Counted from the stretch's first letter, positions 25,134 through 38,169 are shown. The stretch: DNA of 64,000 nucleotides from Lama glama (GCA_028534125.1 CM052832.1:7132001-7196000), one strand, 5' to 3'. Notes: generated by a model from the sequence alone, not told the origin. Numbers and translations are program-made.

Positions 25134-25606
25134 CCGAGGCAGCGTGCACGCTGGTCGTCCAGTGATTGAGTGCTGCCGTTAGGGAGGGAAGGCCAGCATG
25201 TGCGTGGCACATGTTCAAAGTTGGCTGGTGATTATAGCGGCTTAAAACATCATGTTCTAGATTAGCTGCTTGGGGTTTTCTGAAGCTTGTGCCGAAATCA
25301 GAGATGCCGTGGGGATGACATCTTCCTTATCTGAGAAGTGATGTGATGTGGAGTTATTCAACAAGCAATCCCCAGAGACCACAGACCAAGGAACCAGTCC
25401 AGGAATTCCACTCTCGTCTGCCCGCCCGCCTGCCAGATGTGCAGGTTGAAGTGTGTTTCCACGCTCCGCCGGCCTTCTCTCCAAGAGACAGGATCAGACA
25501 GCTATTTGAGGATGAGTCAAAAAAAAAAAAAGGGAGGGGGTGCCTACCTAATCTTTATGCTGATAGCATGCCTGATTTGGCAAAGTGGGTGGAAAAACTG
25601 AAAACT

Positions 25607-25618
25607 GGGAAATTCCCC
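25607..25618 (+). promoter_or_regulatory. NF-kB consensus site
   Basis: GGGAAATTCCCC fits GGGRNWYYCC; motif match only. Confidence 0.4.
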
Positions 25619-28089
25619 AGGATGAATTAATCGGTGGTCAGGAAGACCCCAGAAAGCAGGGCAGGGGAAACAGAACCCTCCATTGGGCTGATCCAAGTAC
25701 TCTAGGACCATTGTTCATGGGAGAAGTCAGAAGAGAACAAGCAGCAATAAGTGAATCCTTAAGAACTAAGAATTCCTTGGAGATGAGGTGACTCCAATCA
25801 GACTCAGAGGCCAGCCCTCTGCAAAGGTCATGGCGGGTTTGTCTGAGATGTGGGACACACCTCAGTATCTAGAATTAAGTCTCAGGTGCCGTCAGGAACT
25901 TCGGCTTTACTGGTTGGGGTGGAATTTACAAGAGCTTACTAACCTAGACCCCAGGACTGTGGTCTCCAGTCCTTTCCCTGCCTTACTGGAGGGGCTTCTG
26001 AACATCACATAACCACTGAGTACCCCCGTTCCCCCTTTCGGTGGTTACTGTTGGGAAAGTAAGACGCAGAATAAGAGAGGTGATTAATAATCCCCACCCT
26101 GCCTGCCGAACTGACGTCCTGCAAACAGAGAGATGATAACATCGGGAAATTCTTCTGAACTACTTCAAGAATGACAGAGAATAAATAGGATACTTTGTTA
26201 TTGCCATTATGATGAGATTCATAAAACTGCCTCTCGGGGTGTGCTTTCTGAAATCCTGAAGCACAAGTTTTTCTCAACTATGTAACCGTCTTCACCTTGT
26301 CAAAGCACTTAACAGAAAGTCCCTAGGACTCCATCATGGGAAATTAAATCTCTGGAAAAGTAGAAAGGCCTTGGAAATATGCCCTTTTGACCCCAAACCA
26401 GGAGCAGGTTAGTGCGGGAAGATAGCTCAAGTATGTTCAGTTGTGAACTGGGTGCAGCTGGCATCCCTTAACGGATGAAACTGGTTCCAAGAATGAGTCA
26501 TACTGATTATACCCTTGGGACATCATTCATGAATATCATCTGTCCCCAGAGACTTCCAAAACACAGGAGTCATGGCAAAACACATACACATATATACATG
26601 TAAGCAAGGATTCTAACAATCGGGCCATTGTTCAGCACAGAGAAACCAGACACACCCTTTATCTAAGATAAAAAGAAAATGCAAAAACAATCAAACGAAA
26701 TCTATCTTGCCCAACCTGAAAAACGGCAGATAGATTAGAACACTGTCTGCCATCCATTTTCCGTGAGCCACCTTTCTGGGAGAATTTCATCCCGCAGAGC
26801 ACCTTTGGGGGGGCCAGCCCCCCTCCTAAGTGATGCGGTGTTCCCTGCCACTTGCACCCATGTTCCTTTCCATGACCGTCCTCCCCGAATCAGCTCCCTC
26901 CTCACTCCAGGAGACTAACACCTGGTTAACTAAACTTTCTTTTTTCCTATAAAATATGTTGTCAGAAAAATAGCTCTCTCCCTCTCTTTTTTTAATAGGA
27001 AATAAAATTTCGGGGATGTTAATTTCAGCATTTCAGGCACCTGCAAGCTCTTGGAGCCTTGGGGTGAGATGAGGTGAAGGGGAAGGTGTTCTCTCCTCTC
27101 CAAATCCTCAAGAACGAGTCTGTGGCTCATCACTGCAAGGAATTCCCTCCCACTTCCTCTCTCATTCCTGCACAGAACAGAAAGTCTGTAAAAAAAAAAA
27201 AAAAATAGCCCTACGCAATGGCCACTTTGTCCCTCTGTGGCATCTCAGCCAGAACAAAACTCCCCCAAAGATGCCTTTCTACAGCATGACTTGAGAGGAG
27301 TCAGCAGGCCACACAGTGCAAGGCCAGGTGCAGAATGCATGTATCCCCGCCGAGCCTGCAGCCCTGGGGTAAAGGCTGGGAAGTTTCACACTGTCCCTAC
27401 CTCCTTGGTGTCCTTGGTAGGGCTCAGGAAACTTCCATGTGCTCACCAGAGAGAGATGCATGTAGAACTCTGTTCTCCCAGCCCCTCTGGCTACTCCTCT
27501 CTCCATCGCATTTCAAGAGGTAGGAAGTAACTGGAACCCTACCCTTTCCCATGAAAACCCAAGTGTGGTTTTCATGACCGTGACACCCACACCCTGCTAG
27601 AGCACCAATTTTAAAATAGAAATGACACCCCCATGCCTACCTTCCAGAGGGCATTAAACAACTGACTTCCCACTGGACACACATCTTCTAATTTGCCCTC
27701 TAAGTGGAAAGAAGTCTAGCATTGACTCTGCATGTTCAAACCACTCGTGCAAAGAGAGAGGCGGTGAGGGGGGAGGGAAAGAAGGCAGAAGGGAGAGTCT
27801 CACAGGCCACCAGGGCTAGAAGACACCGCCTTAGAATGAGCCAGACTAAGCCACTGATTTTTTTTTTAAGTTTCTTCAATGGTCATAGATGAATTCATTT
27901 TTGTATTTATTCTGAGTTGGCTTTGGTAATATACCTTAATAAGAAATTATCCATTTAAATTTCAAATTTATGGCAAAAAACTGGTCAAGAAATTCCTGTA
28001 TTTATAGCTATGCCCCTTTTTTGTGTCCTCTGTTTGTGCTTTCTGTTCTTTCTTGCTTAATTTTGCCACGAATTTGTCTTTTCAAAGGA

Positions 28090-28831
28090 ATTGGTAAGAA
28101 CAGACATCCTTGTCTTGCTCCTGACTTTGGGGGTAGAAGTTTCAGTCTTTCACCATTAAGATTTATTTTAGCTCTGGGTTTTTTATAGATGCCCTTTATC
28201 ACTGGTGGAAATGTAAAATGGTGAAGCTGCTTTAGAATACTGTTTGACAGTTCCTAAAAAATCTAAACATAGAGCTTCTATGTAACCCAACAATTCCCCT
28301 CTTAGGTATATACCCAAAATAATGGAAAACACATGTCCACACAAAAACCTGGACATGAAAGTTCATAGCAGCATTATTCATAATAGCCAAAAAGTGGAAA
28401 CGTCCCAGTGTCCATCAAGCGATGAATGGATAAACAAAGTGTGGTATATCCATACAATGCATTATTCATTCATAAAAATGAATGAAACACTGATATATGC
28501 TATAACATGGATGAATCTTGAACGCACGCAAAATGAAAAAAGGCAGACACAAAAGGCCACATAGCGTATGATCCCGTTTATAGGAAATGTCCAAAATAGG
28601 CAGTCCACAGAGAAAGAAATTACATTCGTGTTTGCAAGAGAATGGGAAATGGAATAACACGGAGAGACTGGTAGTGGGTATGGGGTTTCTCTCTGGAATG
28701 ATGAAATGTTCTGAAATTAGTGGTGAGGGTTGCAAAACTTCGTGAGTATACTAAAAACCACTGAACTGTACGCCTTAAGAGGGCAAATTTTATGGTATGT
28801 GAAGTATATCTCAATAAAGCTGTTATTTAAA
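28090..28831 (+). mobile_element. L1MB-like element with inverted 5' segment (28090-28200 minus; 28201-28831 plus)
   Basis: Minus part encodes RT motif 'IKGIYKKPRAKINLNGERLK..P.KSGARQGC'; plus part is the ORF2 end and L1MB 3'UTR, ending 'tatatctcaataaagctgtt'. Confidence 0.85.
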
Positions 28832-31009
28832 CAAATTTCCTTCTCAGCACGTTAGCTGCTTCATATAAATTTTGATGATGTGTTTTTGTTTTCATTCAGT
28901 TAAAAACATTTTCTAATTTCCCTTGTGAGTTCCCATTTGACCCACGGGTTATTTAGACATGTGTTATTTAAATTCCAAATATTTGGACATTACCCATATT
29001 TTCTTCTGTTGTTAATTTCTGATGGGACTCCATTGCATTCAGAAAAACGCCTTCTTATTATTTAAACTTTTTTAATTCATTGACAGTTTGTTTTATGACT
29101 TAATGTATAATCTGTCCTGGAGAAGTTTCCATATATGCTTGAAAAGAATATATTCTGCTGATGTTGAGTGGAATGGTCTATAGATCAGGCCGAGTTGGTT
29201 GGTAGTGTTGTTCAAGTCTTCTTGTACCATTGCCAATTTTCTGTCTAGTTATCTATCAATTATTGAGAGTTACTAAAGCCTTCAAATATTTTCTGTTGAA
29301 TTATCTGTTTCTCCCTTTAATTTTGTCAGTTGCTGCTTCATGTATTTGTGACTCTGTTCTTAGGTATACATAAGTTTATAACTCTTATATCTTTCTGGTA
29401 AATTGACCCAGTTATGATGAAATATCCCTCCATATCTCTGATAGCATTTTTTGTCTCAAAGTCTATTTTGCCTGACAATATAGCTTTCCTATGTTTACTG
29501 TTTACATGGTTTATCTTTTTCCATCCTTTTATTTTCAACTTAATTTGTGTCCTTGAATTGAAAATGGATCTCTTATAGATGGCACATAGTTGGATGCTGT
29601 TTTTTATTGAACCCGACCATCTGCCTTTTGATTGGCATGTTTAATTCATTTATCTACAATGCAATTATTGATATGTTTGGATTTATGTCTATCATGTTCT
29701 TTTTGTTTTCTATATGTCTCCTATTGTTTTTTAATTTATCTGTTTCTCCTTTACTACCTTCTTTTGTGTCAAAAATACATTTCCTGGTGTGCCATTTTAA
29801 CTTCTTCGTTGGAATATTAAAGTATTTTCTTAGTGGTTAGTCTAGGGATTATAGTTTATATCTTAATTTATCACAATCCATTTTGGATTAATACTAACTT
29901 AATTCCACTACAATATTAAAAGTTTGTTTCAATATAACTCCATTACATACTTACCCCCTCCTCTTTTGCTACTCTTGACATATACATTACATCTTTACAT
30001 AAGCCCCTAAATACAGTTTTATAAGTATGTTTTATGCAATGATCTTTTAAATCCGCTATGAGAAAAATATATGACAGTCTTTTCTATTTACCTGCATAAT
30101 TGCCTTTTCCAATGTATTTTATTTCTTCATGTGGATTCAGGTTACTCTCTGATGTTATTTCCTTTCAGCCCAAAGGGCTTTCTTTAATATTTCTTGTAAG
30201 GTGGTTCTGCTAGCAATGAGCTCTCTCAGTGTTTGTTTGCCTGGGGAAGTGCTTCATCATTTTCACTTCTGAAGGACAGTTTTGTTGGATGCAGTATTCT
30301 TGGTTGACTTTTTTTTTTTCTTTCAGTGCTTTGAATATCTCATGCATTGCTTTCTGACTTTCAGTGTTTCTGATGGAATCAACTTTAACCATTTCGTTGT
30401 TTCACTGCTTTCAAGTTTTCTCTCTGTCTTTGTCTTTCAGTAGCTGTACTATGATGTGTCTAGATGTAAGCTTTTTTTTATATTGTGTAAGTTTGTTGAA
30501 CTTCTAGGATATTTAATCCTTTTAATCAAACTGTTTAAATTTACAGTCATTTAAAAATATTTTTTCTGCCTCTTTTCTCTTGCTTCTTCTGGGACTCACG
30601 TTACACATATGTTGGTATGTTTTCTAATGTCCCACAGGTCTGTGAGGCTCTCTTCATTTTTCATCATACTCTTTCCTTCCCATCCTTCAGACTGGATTAT
30701 TTCTGTTGATCTATCTTCAAGTTTGCTGATTCTTTCTGCTGCTATCTTGAATCTGCTTTTTAGGGACTCTGGTGAATTTTTCCATTATTGTACTTTTCAA
30801 CTCCATAATTTCAATCTGGTTCTTTTATATAACTTATCTCTTTATGGATATTCTCTATTCAATGTGCCATCATCATATTTTCCTTTAATTCCTTAAACAT
30901 GGTTCCTTTCAGTTCTTTGAACATGTTTATAATATTCGCTTTGAAGTCTTTGTCTGCTAAGTTTGAAATCTGGGTTTCTTCAAAGACAGCTTATTTTGAC
31001 TGGTTTAGT

Positions 31010-31047
31010 TGTGTGTGTGTGTGTGTGTGCGCGCGCGCATGCACGCA
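31010..31047. repeat. (GT)9(GC)5 microsatellite within a 38-bp alternating purine-pyrimidine tract
   Basis: Counted directly. Confidence 0.95.
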
Positions 31048-31914
31048 GGGATCATACATTCCTGTTTCTAGGCATGTCTTGTAATTTTTTGGTTGAAAAC
31101 CAAACATTTTATTCAATATATTGTAGCAATTCTGGATTCTGATTTCCTCTCCTCGGGGTTGTTTATACTTTATTTGCTTGCTTGATTGCTTAGAGACTTC
31201 CTTGGACTAATTCTGTAAAGTCCGTCTCCCTGCAGTATGTTACCACTGACGTATCTGCTCAGGTGTTTGGGATTTTTTTCCCTTTTTTTTTTTTAAGTCT
31301 GGCTTTCTCTACCTCATGTTCAGCTAGTGATGGATGGATAGTTGGTCATTCCTGAATATGCGCATAGCCTTGCTTCTGTGTGCAGCCTTCCAGATAGCCA
31401 AGAATATTATCAATGTCCACTGTAGCTATCTCACTCCTTGGACTTTCCTGTTCTCCTCTGGCAAGTCTTCCTGTCTGTTGCTTGCCCCAACCAGGACTGC
31501 AACCTCAGGACGGCTGCCATGTTGGTTTTCTCTATGCATTTACCACCAAGATGGTTATTGTTTCTATAGGGTTTTCTGTACTCCACTTCGAAACCACTCA
31601 GCCTCCTCCAGTAGCAAATCTGCTAGTTTCCATGACTTCCCTGCCTGGTAGAACTACTGAGCCGATGGAACTGGGCCAGGGAGTAGAGGGTGGGAGCAGC
31701 CCCAGTCTAAAACGCCATAGGTACCTTTTGTTCTTAACTAGGATTCAGTAGTTTGTATTGAATAAATAATTCTCAATTTATTGTATGTCTTCAGTTGATT
31801 TTTCAGAGTCCTAAAATGGTTGTTTTTAGTACCCCCACCCCAGTTTTATCATTGCCTTTGGAGTGAGTGTTTAACAAACTTCTCATTCCACTATTCCAAG
31901 AGTTCCATAAGTGT

Positions 31915-32050
31915 CCATACTACATCTCATTTAATCTTCACAGTACAATGAGGGAATGTCACTACAGTTTCCAGTTCATTGATGAGGAAACTGGGTCTCA
32001 GAGAGGTTGAATAATTTGCTGAAAGTCACGGCTCATATTTGTCAAAGGTC
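31915..32050 (-). mobile_element. MIR SINE
   Basis: 'atctcatttaatcttcaca...gatgaggaaactgggtctcagagaggttgaataatttgctgaaagtcac'. Confidence 0.85.
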
Positions 32051-32229
32051 GTGTAGTGTTCTGAGGGTTCTCCACCTGGACCTGAGTCTTTCCTGAATCT
32101 TTAAAGACACTCTATAAAGATGCCATCTTGAAAAACCCTGCATACCTTGACAAATAAGATTAGGAGTCAACACTACTGTCTTGATAGCTCAGGTCTTGAG
32201 CATACATGATGCAGATATCATTTTTTTTA

Positions 32230-32392
32230 TTATGTATGACCCATGGTCCAGGTGCCAATGAGGTGCTAGCGTATTTCAAATGTAACCCTCAGAGAAACGC
32301 TGGGAGGGAGCGAATGCCCATTCTGAAGATGTGGAAGCTGAAGCTTAGAAACATCTCAGTCTTTAAGTGGTAGAGATAGGATTCAAACACCA
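32230..32392 (-). mobile_element. MIR SINE
   Basis: 'cccattctgaagatgtggaagctgaagcttagaaa...taagtggtagagataggattcaaac'. Confidence 0.7.
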
Positions 32393-32399
32393 AACTTAG

Positions 32400-32740
32400 A
32401 CACTACAGCCTAGTGTCACACACAGCTCAATGTTCTCCTTCAACTGGGATGTCATCCAGCTAAAATAAAGTGGGGAGCATGGGAAGAGCCCTGAGAAAAC
32501 TGATAAGAATAATGAAAGATTTAGGAACAGAGAACTGAAATATAGGGGACTATTTGGTCTAGAAAGGAGCTGAAATAACAATAATTAATATATGAAGTGT
32601 TATCAATGTTTGTTGTAAGCATTAGATGATTATTTTCAATGAAGGGAAAAAAGCAAAATAAAACAACAGAAAGTGCATTTCTATTTCACCAGGAAAATCT
32701 TGCCCCTATCAAGGATTCAGGAGATGCTAAAGTTTGTTGC
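32400..32740 (+). mobile_element. L3/CR1-like fragment
   Basis: 'gataagaataatgaaagatttagg...aactgaaatataggggactatttggtctagaaaggag' resembles CR1 'RM.KGL..RL.ELGLFSLEKR'. Confidence 0.5.
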
Positions 32741-32908
32741 TCGAAAGGTTATATGATCTCATTCTGCAGTAACTCTTTGTTTTTCAAGTCTCCGTATAGT
32801 ATATAGTTTAGGTGAAGGCAAGGGTGACTTCCCAAGGCTCTTTCAGCCCTGCCTGCACATCCCAAGTTAGAAGGACAGGCTCCCCATCCAAGCCCTCCCA
32901 CATCTGAG

Positions 32909-32968
32909 CTCCACATGCTGCTCGTCTCTGGTGCCTCCACATGCTGCTCGTCTCTGGTGCCTCCACAT
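32909..32968. repeat. Perfect 26-bp tandem duplication (about 2.3 copies)
   Basis: ctccacatgctgctcgtctctggtgc at 32909-32934 and 32935-32960, then ctccacat. Confidence 0.97.
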
Positions 32969-34865
32969 CTCTCTCTGGTTCACGTAACTAATTAAAGCAA
33001 GACTTTTGCATGATGCACCCCTTCAGGCAGGGCCAATGTAGAAGAAACAGGCCACTCCCATATGAGTTCTAATACAGAGATATAAAATCCCCACCTGCTG
33101 CTGCTAATTTCCCTGACCAACTGCTACGAGGATCCCTCATTTGATTTAATACTTTGAGACAAGGAAGATGCATCATCTTGGGTGCATCTGTTTAAGTAGG
33201 TGTGTACCTCCCACTGGCTACCCATCCCTTTGGAAGAAGGAGTGATTCTGAGATAGTACCAACTTAGGTCAGGGGAAATTCAATTTGTGGACAAAAAGGT
33301 AGAGAGGCTGAGATTTTGCCTTGGTGGAGAAGTGAGTCAAAACAGGTACTGAAGAAGGAAAAGCCCATGAGGGAGGAGGTCTAGCTCACATTCAGAAAAC
33401 ACCACTGTGTAGACCAGCAGCTTGATACTTGTCCTTCACGGTTGTCCTTCAGCCCAGCATTGACTCAGATCATGCAAAATCTATTTTGGGGGGCTATTTT
33501 TATCTGAAGGCAGGACCTAAACTTTGCAAAGAGCAACTTTGATTGCACCTCTACCAGCCAGCTGGAATCATAAGCATATGTTTTTACATTCACTCTTATA
33601 TGAACTTTGTTTTACTAGAGATTTCATTAAAACCCACTTCCAGTGTTGATATGTGCAACGTGAAATCCTCCAGATGAATTGGTTCTGTAGATGGTGACAA
33701 CACTCTGGCCACACTCCATGGATCAAATTGCTCTGTATCCACTTGACTTGGCCAGAATGTAAAGGCGAACACTGAGCAAATGCTATGAAATCAATAGCTA
33801 TAGAGTGTTGGTTTCTTGGTTGGTTTTTTTTTTCCTGTGCAGACCCCAAAGGGGACTGACACGCAGATTAGACAAATCACTTTTCATAATCCTAAGGACT
33901 GCTGCATGATGTATCCAGAGTATTAATCAAAGGCTGGGACCAAGTAAAATGTGAATTAAATTTCTTAATGGAGAGAGACATGAACTTTCTGTCCTCAGAT
34001 CTCTGGCAATGGACGTCTCTAAGGCAATGAAAAATTCAGCTACCCAGTTTATAATATTCTGAGAGATATATCACCAAAGTGACACAACTTATCGTGGTTA
34101 CGGTTATGTTTAGAGAGCTCGGTTTCCAATGTGGTCAAAAGGGGCTGCTGGCAGACAGTCTGAGGGTAGTCCATAAAACCCAAGGTCCTATATGTTTGGG
34201 GTCATTTAACGATTCTATTCCCCCCAGTGTCTGTGGGCCTGTCCTGGGGTCTCAACCAGACTCCAAGGTCTTAATATTTTTTATTTAGTCCGTCAAACTG
34301 CAATGAAGTGAAATCTTTTGTTTTCAATGCCAGCAAAGCCAAGATGAGCCTGAAAGAAATTAGACTGAAAGCAAATGAGATTTAATACTAAAATTGAAAA
34401 TAAGCCTGCACCATGGCCTTTTTCAAAGGTCAAACTCACATAATCTAAAGTCCCTGCTATGACTCTGGTGAAGCTAGGGATAAGAAAGAAAGGGTGAGTC
34501 AGCAAACGTGTCTGTGAAACAAAGGCTTTCTTCTCATCCCCCAACAAAGATACATTTTGGGGGATGTGGCAGAGCAGTCTGTCCGGTACAACTCTCTACC
34601 TCAGAAGCAGGCAGACAGGGGTCCCCGCCATCTGACTGTCTCAGGCTCCTTGAGGGTGGATGGGGCTATGGATGCACTTTCTGGTAGCTAGAGAGAAGGG
34701 AGAGGAAGCCAGCAGGATGGATTCGAACACCTGTCCGAAATCTACAAGACTGTTCCAAAATGTATCGGTGACTTGCCCAAGAGGAAACAAGCTGGTGGCA
34801 AAAGAAATCAGAGGCATTCAGCTTTCGCAAGGAGACAGGTTCTGCAGGATTGCGTGCCTCCCTCA

Positions 34866-34904
34866 ACACATACACACACGCACACGCACACGCACACACA
34901 CACA
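34866..34904. repeat. Imperfect (CA)n/(CACACG)n microsatellite
   Basis: Seen directly. Confidence 0.9.
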
Positions 34905-37114
34905 GACAATATGGGCCTCCCTGGGATTCATGATTACAGTGTACACCTTGCAGGATTCTGATGAGGATTTAAGGAGATGACCAAAGTAAAAAACAAACAC
35001 AAAACTGATCCATAATAAAAGGCAATTCCCTCCTAAATCTCTCCCTTTTCCCTCCTCACCGCCATATCCACCCAGAAATGGACCAGCCGCAGAAGGGGGC
35101 CGGACATACGAGGCAGCCACGGGAAGAGTGGCAACGGGAACTGAAGCTTCTAAAACCGATCAAACAAACTCATTATAGATACTGTGTATCCTGGGCTATC
35201 CATTGCCCATATACATGAAAGCACGACCTCAAGTACATTTCGCATTTTGTCAGGCTAAGAGCACATTGAATCACTGCCTGAATCTCCAGCCTCTTCCGAT
35301 CTGCCCATCCTTGCCTGTGACGGCTCTCCCAGTGATGGGGAGGAGGCAGGTTTCATCCCGCCCTCCACCCTCCCCAGCTCAGAGGCCCAGGGATTTGATC
35401 GGCATTTGTGCAGTAAATCTTGAAGATCTATCCCCTACTCGAACGCAGTGCGCTGTAGCACACCGGGTTACAAGATGCATAATTAGAACTTATTTGGCCG
35501 ACAGATTCACGGAGGGTAGCAGAGGCCAGAGAGCGGTAAATTAGGCAGCTAAACACAGCGAACTGTGGCGTGACATCAGCACCAAACCGCATGTATTTTG
35601 CAAAGCTTCTTCAAGGTGTATCTGTTTGTGAGTTTTCTTTTCAAGGTACCTCAGCATAAATACTTTTGTGGAAAGTTTGTCCCCCTGGTAATCACCGCTC
35701 CATCGCCCCAGCTACTTTAGAATCACCCACCGACTTAATACATGTATCATCGTGGCCTATTATTGGAGGAACAGTCAAATGTGTATATGACAATGATTTC
35801 TTAGTAGGACTTAGAAATACTCTCCCTAACTAGCAAAAAACAACAACAACAAAAACCAAAAAAAAAGCAAAACCCTAACAAGCTCATGATTTTTGTACAT
35901 ATGTTCTGATTACCTAATTCTCTTAAAGTAAAATTTGGTAGGAAGGAAGTTAAATTCCAGAGCTTCCTGAGGGATAAAACACATAAACCTGCGAGGCACG
36001 GGAATGCTCATTCCAGATAGGACAGCACCACGAGATCTCGCAATGGCAGACAAATTCATGCCCGCGTTCGGGCAGCAGTATCCTCTCCCTGCCGCCAAGT
36101 CTCCTAATCTTTTTCACTCTCTTTCCATCTCTTCTTACGTTTCTGCAATTCTAAGAGCATTTTGCTAATCCTGGGCTCCTTTCTGTTTCCTCCTTGCCTT
36201 TATCTCCAAACTTTCTCTAAATCAGGGGTTCTTCAAGTGATTTTGTGTGTGTACCCCCAAAAGAAATTTTTAAAGCGACATTTTTATGGTAACGTCTAAG
36301 TTTCATCATGGGCCATGTCGATAGTCATCAAGGACGTACCGTCTGCAGCTGGCGTTCTCTGCTTGTGCTTTAGCTCTGTTTCACTGAAACCTTATTGCAA
36401 CAGATTCAGGTTATTCCATTTATGGGAAATGTCTGTTGTAGGACCTAAATGACTAAGCAACTCTCAGTGCCAATCCAATTAGCCGAATCAGACTCACTTT
36501 CTCACGGAGAAACTCCAACTTCATTTTTCCATTCAAATAAGTGTGTTAATATATATCCCCATGGCAACTAATTCATCTCTGAATGGTCATTCTAAGAGAC
36601 AGACGAGGGGGTACATAGGATATGATGGTAGACACAGACATATATACGTGGAGACTTGCTATGAGCTTGTCATGGGATAACATAAAGCTCTGTCCCTTTT
36701 CAGTATTTCTCCCTAAAGCTCTCTTTGCTTTGTTCTCCTGGGACTCTCCCTTGGCCAAAATGCTTTCTCAAATTAATCCCTTTATTTAGAGACCCAAAGG
36801 ATGGTTAGACCCTGGACACCTCTACAGTGAGACTGGCATGGGTGGGAGGATGCCTTTGATTGTAGAAGTGTGAGAAGGGCAGTTGTAAGTGGATGATGGT
36901 CTCAGGCTGGTGAGTTTTAGTAAAGGATGCAATGGGAGTCTCAAAACCAATGCTCTTAGAGCCATCTACCTCTGGTACCCCCAGAAGGATGCACACCACA
37001 GTGTGAAGATGCTGTTCCTGATTCCACACACAAGATGGGGGTCATTCTGGGGCAAGCAGCGAGACGCACCCGCTGCCCCTGTTACTCCAGCCATCACAAG
37101 CCAGAGGTCTCCGA

Positions 37115-37190
37115 CTTCATTCACTCACGAATTCATTCAACAAACATCTCCTTTTGTGCGAGCCACAGTGCTCTGTAGGCTTCCTTGGCA
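37115..37190 (-). mobile_element. L2 3' end
   Basis: 'ttcattcactcacgaattcattcaacaaacat...cacagtgct'. Confidence 0.65.
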
Positions 37191-38169
37191 TGATAACCCA
37201 GGGATCACCTTGAAGGACCAACAAATCCTTCAACAAAATACAGAGAGGCCCATCAGCTCTCATGTGTGACAACTTCGTATGGTGACAAAACCAGGGTGTG
37301 TATAGAGAAAGCAACAGGTTACTCAGGTCGGAAAAAAAAGAACAAAACTGCCTTTGGTATTTCCAGACACTTGAGCCATCTAGAATTCCAGATCCCAAAT
37401 AAAATAAAATAAAAGAGGTGGGAGGGGTGCCTGAGGGAAGAAGTCATATCCTAAACTCATTGTTAAATTGCTAGGAAGTGTGAGTGATGAAAATGGCCAG
37501 AAAAATATGACCCTTCGGTGAGTTGGGATCTCGCTAATGTTTAATTGGGTCTCCTGTGAGACATTTAAATCTATGGGCAGCTATCAAGGGTGAGAAGTCT
37601 GCTCTAGGGGCCCCCAAATGATTTCACCTTCACTTTCATTTTCGTGGTGGAGAAAAGCCAGGACATTTGCTAAAATATTTGAACCGCGGGTGTGTGTTTT
37701 AAGGCCTGTCTGTGTGTGGTGGTCGCCATGAAGGAAATTCAGAGTTCCATAATCTCTTTCAGCATGTCGCTTACCAAAAACCAGGGCAGCCACCCTGGAG
37801 GTCCAGTCACCTTGTACACCAGTGGCCCTGGATTTCTCAGTTTCCCCAAAGAGCGTTTTTTCAAGAAATATGGCTTAGAAATGACTGTACTCAAAATGTC
37901 TTCAAAGTATTTACAAACCTCCTGAAGGCTGAAATCCAGGTGCTTCCAAATAAACAAAGAGTCCCCAAAGCACTCCACAGCCTCTTCACCCCAAACCCAT
38001 CCAAAATAAACAAAAAGGTAAAATGTTTTTTTTTTTTATCTTTTAAATTTCACCCCATCATCACAGGTTTGGGGACTAGAGACAGGAAGGAAAAGCAGTG
38101 GACCAGGAGGCAGAAGACTGAAGGATTTGTCTCAGCTCCGTGGAGGGACCAAGGAGGCACTGGAGAAAG

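Larger units (their letters stand above)
27860..31900 (-). mobile_element. Old L1 remnant (5' region, ORF1, ORF2 endonuclease), interrupted at about 28090-28831
   Basis: ORF 29338-29538(-) 'KIKGWKKINHVNSKHRKAILSGKIDF...EGYFIITGSIYQKDI' is L1 endonuclease; 30210-30392(-) resembles the ORF1 C-terminus; T-rich plus strand. Confidence 0.9.

Noticed and set aside
32909..32968. Direct repeat as a CRISPR-like array
   Set aside because: Adjacent copies with no spacers, in mammalian DNA; a simple tandem duplication
36225..36620. Possible hAT-Charlie remnant
   Set aside because: A terminus-like 'caggggttcttcaa' is present, but I could not establish the family or the second end
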